From: Stygiobacter sp.
GTDB lineage: Bacteria; Pseudomonadota; Alphaproteobacteria; Rhodospirillales; Magnetospirillaceae
Assembly: GCA_006218045.1 (NCBI GenBank)
Contig: VBWB01000004.1
Coordinates: 139,770-203,769, forward strand
DNA: 64,000 nucleotides
Direction: 5' to 3'
The translations under genes and the position numbers were made by a program. The notes beneath the pieces are model-generated. The model made no database searches and was not told where the DNA came from. It saw only the letters and a list, made by a program, of their open reading frames with translations. Positions 1 through 8,953 of the stretch are shown here, piece after piece (the stretch's first letter is position 1; every line of letters begins with the position of its first letter).

Positions 1-1791
1 GGTCACAACCTGTCCTATCAGGGCATGCCTGATTTCATCACCCCCAGCGGACCGGAAAAGGCCATCGCCTTCTGGCTCTCCATGCGGGCCTTCGGCGCTT
101 TCGGCCTGCTGCTGGCGGCCCTGTTGCCGTGGCGGCGCTTCGCCAATCCTCATGCTCACTGGTTGGCCATGGCGGTGGTTCTGGCCTGGGTGGCGGTGAC
201 CTATTGGGGGATTTTGGCCCATCTCGACGTCTTGCCGCGCACCTTCATTTCCGGCCAAGGCCTGACCTCCTTCAAGGTGATGGTCGAAACCATCCTGGTG
301 CTGGTCTATCTGCTGGCGGCCTTCCTGTTCTGGCACGCCGCCAATCTGCCCAATGCCCGCTGGCTGGCCTCGGCCAGTTGGGTGATGGGGCTGGCGGGGG
401 CCTATTTCTGCCTCTATGACGATCCTTTCGACGTCTATAATCAGGTTGGCCATTTTTATATCGTCATCGCCTATGCGCTGCTGTACCAGGGTTTGTTCAG
501 TACCACCATCCGCGACCCTTATGTGCGGTTGCAGCAGGCGCAGGACGAATTGGAAAGCCGCGTGGCCGAGCGGACCCGTGAATTGCGCGACGCCCTGATC
601 AGCCTGGAGCGTCAGCAATACGATCTGGAACAGGCCAAGATCGGCGCCGACCGCGCCAATCAGGCCAAGTCGGAATTCCTGGCTTCCATGAGCCATGAAT
701 TGCGCACGCCGCTCAACGCCGTCATCGGCTTTGCCCAATTGCTGCGCACCGAGCGCCCCGGCCCGCTGAATGAAAAGCAGGCCGGACAGTTGGATCACAT
801 CCTGCGCGGCGGCCAGCATTTGCTGGAACTGATCAACGAGGTTCTGGACCTGGCCCGTATCGAAACCGGCAAGCTGACATTGTCGGTGGAAATCATTGAT
901 CCAGCGGCGGTGATGGATGAGTGCCTGGCTTTTGGTCGCGCCTATGCCCGCGAACGCGGAATCGAGGTCGACGATTGGCAAGGCGGGCCGGTTTTGCCCA
1001 TCAGCGTCGATTACACCCGTTTCAAGCAGATTGTGCTGAACCTGATGTCCAACGCCATCAAATACAATCGCCCCCAGGGCCGCGTCACCCTGACGGCCCA
1101 GCCCTGGGGCGGCGGGATGATGCGGTTTTCCATCGCCGATACCGGGCCGGGTATCGCCAGGGACAAGCAAGCCCATCTGTTCGAGCCGTTCAATCGGCTG
1201 GGGGCGGAAAGCAGCGAAATGGAAGGAACCGGCATCGGTCTGACCATCACCAAGCGGCTGGTCCAGGCCATGAACGGCAGTATCGGGTTCGAGAGCCGGG
1301 AAGGGCGGGGATCGGTGTTCTGGGTCGACTTCCCCATCGCCCGCGCAGGCGCGGCCAATGCAGCGCACGAGGCGTCGGGCGGACTCGAATTGGCGGCGGC
1401 GGCAGGGGCGGGCTGCCGCATTCTCTATGTCGAGGACAATCCGGCCAATGTGCAGTTGATGGAAGCCGTACTGGGAGAGGTGGGCGGCTTCATCCTCGAC
1501 ACCGCCGCCAGCATCGAAACCGGGCTGGAAAAACTGCGCCGGAACCGTCCCGACATCCTCGTCCTCGATATCAACCTGCCGGGCATGAGCGGCCTGCAGG
1601 CGGTACGGCAATGGCGCGCTTTGCCTGAATTCGACGGCTTGCCGATCATCGCTTTGTCGGCCAATGTGATGCCCAATGCGGTGGAGGCGGCTTTGGCCGC
1701 AGGCTTCGACCGCTATCTGACCAAGCCGCTGGATATAGGCCAATTCCTGCGCACGGTCGGTGAACTGACCTGCCGGAGGGGCATGCCGTGA
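1..1791 (+). CDS. Hybrid sensor histidine kinase (MASE3-like membrane sensor, HisKA, HATPase, REC); 5' end lies before the window
   Basis: Frame open from base 1 ([10 protein letters not shown]...). Hydrophobic N-terminus, H-box [11 protein letters not shown]-box [10 protein letters not shown]1 DTGPGI, G2 GTGIGL, C-terminal receiver (YVEDN, LDINLP, TKP). Confidence 0.9.
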   Translation, partial: GHNLSYQGMPDFITPSGPEKAIAFWLSMRAFGAFGLLLAALLPWRRFANPHAHWLAMAVVLAWVAVTYWGILAHLDVLPRTFISGQGLTSFKVMVETILVLVYLLAAFLFWHAANLPNARWLASASWVMGLAGAYFCLYDDPFDVYNQVGHFYIVIAYALLYQGLFSTTIRDPYVRLQQAQDELESRVAERTRELRDALISLERQQYDLEQAKIGADRANQAKSEFLASMSHELRTPLNAVIGFAQLLRTERPGPLNEKQAGQLDHILRGGQHLLELINEVLDLARIETGKLTLSVEIIDPAAVMDECLAFGRAYARERGIEVDDWQGGPVLPISVDYTRFKQIVLNLMSNAIKYNRPQGRVTLTAQPWGGGMMRFSIADTGPGIARDKQAHLFEPFNRLGAESSEMEGTGIGLTITKRLVQAMNGSIGFESREGRGSVFWVDFPIARAGAANAAHEASGGLELAAAAGAGCRILYVEDNPANVQLMEAVLGEVGGFILDTAASIETGLEKLRRNRPDILVLDINLPGMSGLQAVRQWRALPEFDGLPIIALSANVMPNAVEAALAAGFDRYLTKPLDIGQFLRTVGELTCRRGMP

Positions 1792-2189
1792 CGGAACGTC
1801 TGGTTGTGGTTGTCGACGACAATGCCGCCAACCGCGAACTTTATAGCGATCTTCTGGAGATGGTCTCGTTCGCGGCCATCGCCTTGGATGGCGGTGAGCA
1901 AGTGGTACAAGTGGTGCGGGAAAACCGCCCCGGTCTGGTGCTGATGGATATGAATATGCCCGGTCACAGCGGCATGGATGTTTTCGCCCATATGCGGGCG
2001 GCCTTGGGCGATGCTTCGCCGCCGGTTCTGGCTTTGACCGCCTCCATCCTGCCCGATCTGGCCAAGAATTTGTGCCAAGCCGGTTTTGCCGGGCTGGTCT
2101 GCAAGCCGTGCGGTGTCGCCACCTTCATCGAGGCGGTGACCTGGGGCATGGCGGAAGGACCGAAATCCTTCCGCGTTTTCACCGATTGA
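1788..2189 (+). CDS. Single-domain response regulator (REC)
   Basis: VVVDDN, phospho-site LMDMNMP and KP motifs. GTGA overlap with the kinase stop codon. Confidence 0.85.
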   Translation: MTERLVVVVDDNAANRELYSDLLEMVSFAAIALDGGEQVVQVVRENRPGLVLMDMNMPGHSGMDVFAHMRAALGDASPPVLALTASILPDLAKNLCQAGFAGLVCKPCGVATFIEAVTWGMAEGPKSFRVFTD

Positions 2190-3524
2190 TCAGAACCGCC
2201 GTTTGCGTTCCGGCGCCGCCCCGACGATGCGGCCCCACAGGTCGAAATCCTCGGCGTGTTCCACCGTGACCATGACCACGTCGCCGGGTTGGGCCTCGGT
2301 TTCGTGGTTGATGTAGACGCAGCCGTCCACTTCCGGGCTGTCGGCCCACGACCGGCCATAGGCGCCGTCCTCGTCGACCTCGTCGATGATGACTTCGATG
2401 GTCTTGCCGATCTTGGCCTTGGAAATCTCGTCGGAAATCTGGCGCGCAACCTCCATCAGGCGGTTATAGCGTTCCTCCTTGACGTCCTCGTCCACGTGCT
2501 CGGCCAGTTGGTTGGCGGCGGCCCCGGCGACGTTTTCGTACTTGAAGCAGCCGACGCGGTCGATGCGGGCCTTTTGCAGCCAATCCAGCAGGAACTCGAA
2601 ATCCTCTTCCGTCTCGCCGGGGAAGCCGACGATGAAGGTGGAGCGGATGGCCAGATCGGGACAGATTTCCCGCCAGCCATTGATGCGTTCCAGCAGCCGC
2701 TCATGGTCGGCGGGGCGGCGCATGGCTTTCAGCACCTTGGGGCTGGCGTGTTGGAACGGGATGTCCAGATAGGGCAAAATCTTGCCCGCCGCCATCAGCG
2801 GGATGACCTCGTCCACATGGGGATAGGGATAGACGTAATGCAGGCGCGTCCATACCCCCAAATCCCCCAAGGCCTCGGCCATTTCGGTCAGGCGGGCCCT
2901 GACGGCGCGGCCATGCCATGGGCTTTCGGTGTATTTGATGTCCAGACCATAGGCGCCGGTATCCTGGCTGATGACCAGGATTTCCTTGATGCCGGCCATG
3001 GCCAGACGCTCGGCCTCCTCCAGCACCTCGCCCACCGGGCGGCTGGCCAGATCGCCGCGGATGCCGGGGATGATGCAGAAGGAACAGCGATGGTTGCAGC
3101 CTTCGGAGATCTTCAGATAGGCATAATGCGACGGCGTCAGGTGCAGGCCTTCCGGCGGCACCAGCGATTGCAGGGGCGAGCTTTCCGGCGGCGCCGCCTG
3201 ATGCACGGCATCGACCACCTGCTGGTACTGATGCGGTCCGGTGACCGCCAGAACGTCGGGGTGGGCCTTGCGGATGACGTCTTCCTCGCCGCCCATGCAA
3301 CCGGTGACGATGACCCGGCCGTTCTCGTTCATGGCCTCGCCGATGGCTTCCAGCGATTCGGCCCGGGCGCTGTCGAGGAAGCCGCAGGTGTTGACCACCA
3401 CCACGTCGGCGCCGTCATAGCTGTCCGAGATGTCGTAACCCTCGGCGCGCAGACGGGTGAGAATACGTTCCGAATCCACCAGGGCCTTGGCGCAGCCCAG
3501 GCTGACGATGCCGATCTTGGGAAT
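2190..3524 (-). CDS. rimO: Ribosomal protein S12 methylthiotransferase RimO (start uncertain: ATT 3524 or TTG 3545)
   Basis: [18 protein letters not shown], radical [22 protein letters not shown] and a C-terminal TRAM domain. Confidence 0.93.
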   Translation of the reverse strand: MPKIGIVSLGCAKALVDSERILTRLRAEGYDISDSYDGADVVVVNTCGFLDSARAESLEAIGEAMNENGRVIVTGCMGGEEDVIRKAHPDVLAVTGPHQYQQVVDAVHQAAPPESSPLQSLVPPEGLHLTPSHYAYLKISEGCNHRCSFCIIPGIRGDLASRPVGEVLEEAERLAMAGIKEILVISQDTGAYGLDIKYTESPWHGRAVRARLTEMAEALGDLGVWTRLHYVYPYPHVDEVIPLMAAGKILPYLDIPFQHASPKVLKAMRRPADHERLLERINGWREICPDLAIRSTFIVGFPGETEEDFEFLLDWLQKARIDRVGCFKYENVAGAAANQLAEHVDEDVKEERYNRLMEVARQISDEISKAKIGKTIEVIIDEVDEDGAYGRSWADSPEVDGCVYINHETEAQPGDVVMVTVEHAEDFDLWGRIVGAAPERKRRF

Positions 3525-3663
3525 GGTGATGCTCCTTAAGGGCAAGGGGTTCGTGCACGAAGTAGCCTTTTGTGCCGCCAGTTTCAAGCCATGCGCAAAC
3601 ATCCCTTGACGTTTTGCTGCACATGCTAAATTAGTTCCCGCTGTTTATTCCTGCTGTAATGGG

Positions 3664-4104
3664 TTGGAACCGATGGTCCTGGCTGAGTTTTCTCCCTTCA
3701 CCGCCCTGGCCGGCGGCATGCTGATCGGCGCGGCGGCGGTGCTGCTGATGCTGGTCAATGGCCGCATCATGGGCATCGCCGGCATCGTCGGCGGGCTACT
3801 GGGCGGCGGGCGCGATGCCGACACCGGCTGGCGTCTGGCTTTTGTCGCCGGCCTTTTGCTGCCGGCCATGATCGCCGGGGTGAGCGGCGGCCTGAACGGC
3901 CCCGCCGTGGATCTGGGGCTGCCGGTGCTGCTGGGGGCCGGCTTCCTGGTCGGCTTGGGTACCCGTATGGCCAATGGCTGCACCTCGGGCCACGGCATCT
4001 GCGGCCTGTCGCGCCTGTCCAAGCGGTCGCTGGCCGCCGTCGCCACCTTCATGGCGGTGTGCGGGGTCACCGTCTATGTCAGTCGTCATCTGTGGGGGGC
4101 GTGA
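3664..4104 (+). CDS. YeeE/YedE-family sulfur-transport membrane protein
   Basis: GRIMGIAGI and GCTSGHGICG motifs. Very hydrophobic. Start may be ATG 3673. Confidence 0.85.
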   Translation: MEPMVLAEFSPFTALAGGMLIGAAAVLLMLVNGRIMGIAGIVGGLLGGGRDADTGWRLAFVAGLLLPAMIAGVSGGLNGPAVDLGLPVLLGAGFLVGLGTRMANGCTSGHGICGLSRLSKRSLAAVATFMAVCGVTVYVSRHLWGA

Positions 4105-4105
4105 G

Positions 4106-4546
4106 ATGAAGCGGCTGTTGTCGGCGTTTGCCGCCGGTCTGGTGTTCGGCTCGGGTCTGCTGCTGTCGGGCATGGCCGATCCGGCCCGGGTGTTGGGCTT
4201 TTTCGACCTGTTCGGGGTTTGGGACCCGACCTTGGCCCTGGTCATGGCCGGCGGGCTGACGGTGACCGCCTTGGGCTATCGCTGGTGCCTGCGCCGCGCC
4301 GGGCCGCTTTGCGCCGTGCAGTACCAGATCCCGGCCAACCAAAGCCTGGATGGGCGGCTGTTCATGGGCTCGGCCCTGTTCGGGCTGGGCTGGGGGCTGG
4401 TGGGCTATTGCCCCGGCCCGGCGATCTTGTCCGCTGGTGGCGGCGTGTCGCAAGCGTGGTGGTTCTGTCTGGGCATGGTGGCGGGCATGCTGGTGTGGCG
4501 GGCGCTTGAATACGCGCAATTGCCGCAAGGCCGTGTCGCCCATTAA
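4106..4546 (+). CDS. YeeE/YedE-family (DUF6691-like) membrane protein
   Basis: GLLLSGM.DPARV.GF.D, WDPTL and GYCPGP motifs. Begins 1 nt after the previous stop. Confidence 0.85.
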   Translation: MKRLLSAFAAGLVFGSGLLLSGMADPARVLGFFDLFGVWDPTLALVMAGGLTVTALGYRWCLRRAGPLCAVQYQIPANQSLDGRLFMGSALFGLGWGLVGYCPGPAILSAGGGVSQAWWFCLGMVAGMLVWRALEYAQLPQGRVAH

Positions 4547-4547
4547 T

Positions 4548-4585
4548 AAAAAAGCCCGGAACCAGCGGTTCCGGGCTTTTCTTTT
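4548..4585. terminator. Bidirectional intrinsic terminator
   Basis: AAAGCCCGGAACC-AGC-GGTTCCGGGCTTT with A and T tracts on either side, between convergent genes. Confidence 0.85.
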
Positions 4586-4599
4586 GACCGTTTCGCCGA

Positions 4600-5124
4600 T
4601 TACTGGGCGATGACGCTGACGGCGCGGCGGTTCTGGGCCCAGGCCTGCTCGTTGGCGCCGCTGGCTTCCGGGCGTTCCTTGCCGAAGGTCGAGGAGCTGA
4701 GGCGGCCCGAGGCGATGCCCTGGGCCAGCAGGTATTCCTTCACCGACTGGGCGCGACGATCACCCAGGGCCAGGTTGTATTCGCGGGTGCCGCGTTCGTC
4801 GGCATGACCTTCGATGCGCAGCATCACGGTGGGATAGCGGCGCAGGAAGGCGGCCTGACGGTCCAAGGTGGCCTTGGCATCGGCGTTCAGCGAGTGGCTG
4901 TCGGTGCCGTAATAGACGCGATCACCGACCGAGGTCTGGAATTCGCGCTGCATCTGGGCCAGGCGCTCGGCCTCGCTCATGACGTTGCCGGACGGACGGG
5001 CGACGCCGGCGCCGGTGTTGGAACCCGAGCCGGTGACGCCACCGGATTGTTGCGCCTGATCCGAGCAGGCGGCGACGGCCAGCAGCGCGGTGAGCGCGGT
5101 GAAAGTTACAGCGATGCGACGCAT
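4600..5124 (-). CDS. pal: Peptidoglycan-associated lipoprotein (Pal/OmpA-like domain)
   Basis: Lipobox AVAAC, IEGHADERGTREYNLALGDRRA and AWAQNRRA. No tol genes adjacent, so it may be a paralogue. Confidence 0.85.
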   Translation of the reverse strand: MRRIAVTFTALTALLAVAACSDQAQQSGGVTGSGSNTGAGVARPSGNVMSEAERLAQMQREFQTSVGDRVYYGTDSHSLNADAKATLDRQAAFLRRYPTVMLRIEGHADERGTREYNLALGDRRAQSVKEYLLAQGIASGRLSSSTFGKERPEASGANEQAWAQNRRAVSVIAQ

Positions 5125-5151
5125 GTGCGTGTCCCCTGAAAGAAGTGTATC

Positions 5152-5195
5152 CAGTCGGCGACTTTCGCCGGTAAATCAGTCGGCGACTTTCGCCG
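5152..5195. repeat. Tandem 19-bp direct repeat, each copy palindromic
   Basis: CAGTCGGCGACTTTCGCCG at 5152-5170 and 5177-5195. Each contains CGGCGA-CTT-TCGCCG. Confidence 0.9.
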
Positions 5196-5216
5196 AAGAA
5201 CGTGGCGGAAATATGG

Positions 5217-5246
5217 AACGGCCCCTCCCGAAAGGGAAGGGCCGTT
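5217..5246 (-). terminator. Terminator-like hairpin after sodB
   Basis: AACGGCCCCTCCC-GAAA-GGGAAGGGCCGTT just downstream of the sodB stop. U-tract weak. Confidence 0.6.
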
Positions 5247-5269
5247 TCGCAATTGCATCAAACTTGGGG

Positions 5270-5866
5270 TCAGCCCAGGTTGGCGGCGACGAAATCCCAG
5301 TTGACCAGCTTGTCCAGGAAGGTCTGGACGAAATCGGGGCGACGGTTCTGGAAGTCCAGGTAATAGGCGTGTTCCCACACGTCCACCGTCAGCAGCGCCT
5401 TTTGGCCATGGGCCAGCGGCAGGTCGGCATTGGCGGTCTTGGTGATCTTGAGGGCGCCGTTTTCTTCCACCAGCCAAGCCCAGCCCGAGCCGAACTGGGT
5501 CACGGCGGCGTTCTTGAACTCTTCGGCGAACTTTTCGTAGGAACCGAAAGCGGCCTCGATCTTGGCCAGCACGGTACCGGTGGGCTTGCCGCCGCCGTCC
5601 TGCTTCATGCAATTCCAGAAGAAGGTATGGTTCCACACCTGGGCGGCGTTGTTGAACACGCCCTGCTTGGCCGGCAGATCCTGGGCGGCGATCGCGATGA
5701 TCTCTTCCAGCGACTTGGCCGCCAGATCGGTGTCCTTGACCAGATTGTTCAGGTTGGTGACATAGGCGTTGTGATGCTTGCCATGGTGGAAGTCCAGCGT
5801 CTGGGCCGAGATGTGGGGTTCCAGAGCGGTCTTGTCATAGGGAAGCGGGGGAAGCTCGAAAGCCAT
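5270..5866 (-). CDS. sodB: Fe superoxide dismutase
   Basis: [44 protein letters not shown]. Confidence 0.95.
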   Translation of the reverse strand: MAFELPPLPYDKTALEPHISAQTLDFHHGKHHNAYVTNLNNLVKDTDLAAKSLEEIIAIAAQDLPAKQGVFNNAAQVWNHTFFWNCMKQDGGGKPTGTVLAKIEAAFGSYEKFAEEFKNAAVTQFGSGWAWLVEENGALKITKTANADLPLAHGQKALLTVDVWEHAYYLDFQNRRPDFVQTFLDKLVNWDFVAANLG

Positions 5867-5898
5867 CATTGCCTCATATGCAAAATGTTGAAGGGTAG

Positions 5899-5915
5899 TT
5901 TGGAAGTTGTCTAAA
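5899..5915. promoter_or_regulatory. Irr-type iron control element (ICE)-like site upstream of sodB
   Basis: TTTGGAA-GTT-GTCTAAA matches 13 of 14 arm positions of TTTRGAA-N3-TTCYAAA. Confidence 0.55.
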
Positions 5916-5968
5916 CCTGCCGCACAACATAGGGGGGCGCAGGCTGAATGTGAAGTGGCAAAATCCTA

Positions 5969-7135
5969 TCACGAGAATCGGAGATCGTCGCGCCCCAAGG
6001 CAAGGCGGGCGGCGGCAAGGCCGGAAGAAATGGCGGATTCCATGGTGCACGGCCAGGGCGAGCAGAGCCAGTCGCCGGCCAGGAACAACCAATCCCGGCC
6101 CGTGGTCGGGCCGGGGCGGCGGCGGCTGATGGCGGGAGTGTGCGACAAGGTGGCGCGCTTTTCCTGGACCACCCGATGGGGGGGGATAGGGATGGTCAAA
6201 TTCAGCAAGGGGGCGATTTCACGCCAAAGGGTGGGGACATCGGGCGTGGCTTGTGCGGCCGAGAGGGTCACCGAGGCGACGTCGCCGCGCACGAACAGCC
6301 ATTGTCCGATACCGCCGATCAGCCCCAGAGGATGGGGCAGGGAAGGGGCGTGGGGCAGGCGGAAATGCACATTGACGATGGTTTCCGTATCGAAATGACC
6401 ACTCTCGGGCAGCAAGGGTGCCAAGGCCCAGGGTGGTAGAGCCAGGATGACGCGGTCTTTTTTCCCCAAGGAAACTGCCATTTCCGCAAACGTCAATCGC
6501 TGTTGACAAAGGCCGGTCAGGCGCTGGCCGAAATGGATGTCGGCGCCAAGCTCACGCAGCCGGACCAAGGTGGGATCGACCAGGGCAGCCGACAGGCCAT
6601 GGGGGAAGGCATGGCCGCGAAACCCGGATCGCCCGCCCAATAAGATGGCGCGCAGCACCCGGGCGAACAGGCGGGCATCGGCGTGGTCGGGGGCGGTGTT
6701 GAGGATGGCCAGACACAAAGGCTGCCAGAAATCGGCATAGCCCCGGCACGATTCCAGCCGTTGCGCCACCGTGCCGCCGCCGGGCCAGGCGGCGCGCAGG
6801 ACCTGCCAAGCCGAAACCGGCAGCCGGGTCGGGGTGACGGCCCAGCTTTGGCCGTTGTCCACATGGGCGAAATGGATGACTGGCGGCAAGGGATGGACAA
6901 AATCCAGGCCGCCGCTGGCTTTCAGGTAGCTCAGTGCAACCCGGTTGACACCGAGCAGCAGGTGCGAGCCGTTGTCGATGACCCGGTCGAGCTGCGGGTC
7001 ATGAAACGAGCGGCAGCGTCCGCCGGCCCGGGGCGCGGCTTCGTACAGGTGTACCGGGTGGCCGCCCAAGGCGGCGGCCAGGGCGGCGGCCAGACCGGAC
7101 AGGCCGGCACCGACCACATGGAGGGCCGGTTTCAT
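5969..7135 (-). CDS. hpnE: Hydroxysqualene dehydroxylase HpnE (FAD-dependent)
   Basis: GAGLSGLAAA FAD motif, GGRCRSF, IDNGSHLLLG, LFLAGDW, TMESAISSG. ATGA overlap with hpnD. Confidence 0.85.
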   Translation of the reverse strand: MKPALHVVGAGLSGLAAALAAALGGHPVHLYEAAPRAGGRCRSFHDPQLDRVIDNGSHLLLGVNRVALSYLKASGGLDFVHPLPPVIHFAHVDNGQSWAVTPTRLPVSAWQVLRAAWPGGGTVAQRLESCRGYADFWQPLCLAILNTAPDHADARLFARVLRAILLGGRSGFRGHAFPHGLSAALVDPTLVRLRELGADIHFGQRLTGLCQQRLTFAEMAVSLGKKDRVILALPPWALAPLLPESGHFDTETIVNVHFRLPHAPSLPHPLGLIGGIGQWLFVRGDVASVTLSAAQATPDVPTLWREIAPLLNLTIPIPPHRVVQEKRATLSHTPAISRRRPGPTTGRDWLFLAGDWLCSPWPCTMESAISSGLAAARLALGRDDLRFS

Positions 7136-7926
7136 GCCCAGGCGGCGGACAGGGCGATCAGCAGCCGGCGCCAATGACCCAGTTGGGGCGGCGGTGCCGA
7201 CCAGTCGCGGCGCGGCAGCCGGCGCAAAAGGCTGCGGTAGATGGCCATCATGGCCAAGGGCGGCCACAGATGGCGCCTGCCGGTCCGGGCCAGCAGGCTT
7301 TCGGCCTCGCTGAACTTGGCCTCGGCCTTGGCATGAAGCGCCATGCAGGCGGCTGGCAGGGCCGGATGCGTGAGAACGGCGCGCGGCGATTGCACCAGGA
7401 TATGGGCCTGATCCAGGCATTCCCTCGGCAGATACAGCCGGCCCAGCCGGGCATCCTCGGCCACGTCGCGCAGGATGTTGGTCAGTTGCAGGGCCTCGGC
7501 CAGGGTCAGGGCAAAATCCCGCGCATCGGGCCGGCCCAGGATGTGGATGGCCAAAACCCCCACCGTGCCGGCGACCTGACGGCAATAGTACGACAATTCC
7601 GCCATTGTCGGCGCCGTCAATGGTGTGTTGACATCGGCTTCCATGCCGTCCAGCAACAGCTCGAGCTCGGCGACCGGCAGGCTGAAACGCCGAATGAACG
7701 GGGCCAGGGCAGCGATGGCCGGATGCAGGGCGATGCCGGTCTGTTGCCAAGTGGTCAGGGCGGCGCGCAGGGTCGTCAGCTTGGCCCGCTTGGTATCGGT
7801 ATCGAAATCACCATCGCTGATATCGTCCACCGCCCGGCAAAAGCCGTAAAGGGCGAACATGGCCAGACGCTTCGTCTTGGGCAGCAACCGCATGGGCCAA
7901 TAGAACGAGGACGGGCCGCCGCTCAT
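7132..7926 (-). CDS. hpnD: Presqualene diphosphate synthase HpnD
   Basis: SSFYWPMRLL, CRAVDDISD, QLTNILRDVAED, GRLYLP. Confidence 0.88.
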   Translation of the reverse strand: MSGGPSSFYWPMRLLPKTKRLAMFALYGFCRAVDDISDGDFDTDTKRAKLTTLRAALTTWQQTGIALHPAIAALAPFIRRFSLPVAELELLLDGMEADVNTPLTAPTMAELSYYCRQVAGTVGVLAIHILGRPDARDFALTLAEALQLTNILRDVAEDARLGRLYLPRECLDQAHILVQSPRAVLTHPALPAACMALHAKAEAKFSEAESLLARTGRRHLWPPLAMMAIYRSLLRRLPRRDWSAPPPQLGHWRRLLIALSAAWA

Positions 7927-8771
7927 GCCGGCGATCGCATGACCGACACCATCCCGCCGATGAAGGCGGCGGCATAGGCCCAAGGCGACAATCCGACCCG
8001 CTGCGCCAGCGGGTCATGTCGGCGCAGCAGGGCGGCAAGGCGACGGGCGATAGCGATGGTGATGGCGGTTTCCATGGCCAGGCGGCGATTGTTCATGGCC
8101 CGGGGCAGGGCTTGCGCCTGCTCGATCAGCATTTCGGTGCGGTCCAGCATCAGGTCGATGACATGGCGCAAGGATTCGTCGCCTTGGTCGGCGGCCAGAG
8201 CATTCGGGGCCAGCCCGCTGGCGGCCATCCAGTCGGCGGGCAGGTAGATGCGGCCCAAGGCCCGGTAATCCGTGCCGCAATCCTGTAGGTGGTTGAGCAC
8301 CTGCAAGGCCGCGCATAGATTGTCGGCGCTGGCGTGCAGGTGGTGCGGCTGGTCGTGCAGATCCAGCAAAAAGCGCCCGACCGGGGCGGCGGAACAGGCG
8401 CAATAGGCCATCAGATCGGCCCAAGACCGGCAGCGATCGGTCATGGCGTCGCGGCGAAAGGCGTGCAGCAAGGTGGCGGCGTGGCCGAGCAGGCGGGAAT
8501 CGCCCATGACGGCGGCATGCAGGGCCAGGGCTTGGGGGGCTCCGGCCAGACCGCTCAAGCCCCGCTCGAACTCGTCCAGGCGCTGCAATTTGGCGGTGCT
8601 GTCCAGTTCGGGGGCGTCGGCGATGTCGTCGGCGGCGCGGGCAAAGCGGTAGAAGGCCAGGATTTTCGGGCGCAATGCCGACGACAGCAGCAGGGACGCG
8701 ACCGGGAAATTCTCGTCGCCATGCTGTTTGCCTGCCGAGGCGGGCAGGGGAACGGCTCCGGCACGGGCCAT
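7923..8771 (-). CDS. hpnC: Hydroxysqualene synthase HpnC
   Basis: ENFPVAS, ARAADDIAD, CSAAPVGR, QVLNHLQDCG.DY..LGRIYLP. Confidence 0.9.
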   Translation of the reverse strand: MARAGAVPLPASAGKQHGDENFPVASLLLSSALRPKILAFYRFARAADDIADAPELDSTAKLQRLDEFERGLSGLAGAPQALALHAAVMGDSRLLGHAATLLHAFRRDAMTDRCRSWADLMAYCACSAAPVGRFLLDLHDQPHHLHASADNLCAALQVLNHLQDCGTDYRALGRIYLPADWMAASGLAPNALAADQGDESLRHVIDLMLDRTEMLIEQAQALPRAMNNRRLAMETAITIAIARRLAALLRRHDPLAQRVGLSPWAYAAAFIGGMVSVMRSPA

Positions 8772-8797
8772 GGGCGTCCTCCCATTGGTGTTGCGCT

Positions 8798-8904
8798 CTG
8801 GACCGGTTTCCGCTAAAGCGGAAATCGGTCTTGGTTTTCAGAATAGCCCGTGACGGGCTGCTCAGGCTCATCGCATGTCCACGCTTTGCGTGAAAATGCC
8901 TTAG
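8798..8904 (-). repeat. MITE-like dispersed palindromic repeat, copy 1
   Basis: Reverse complement aligns along its length with 12976-13091 apart from a ~12-nt indel. Three internal hairpins. Confidence 0.85.
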
Positions 8905-8953
8905 ATCGATTATATATGGTAATCCCGCCGCCCCCGACCAGGGAAATTCCGCC

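Noticed and set aside
5152-5195. Direct repeat considered as a minimal CRISPR
   Set aside because: Only two 19-bp units with a 6-nt spacer, and no cas genes.
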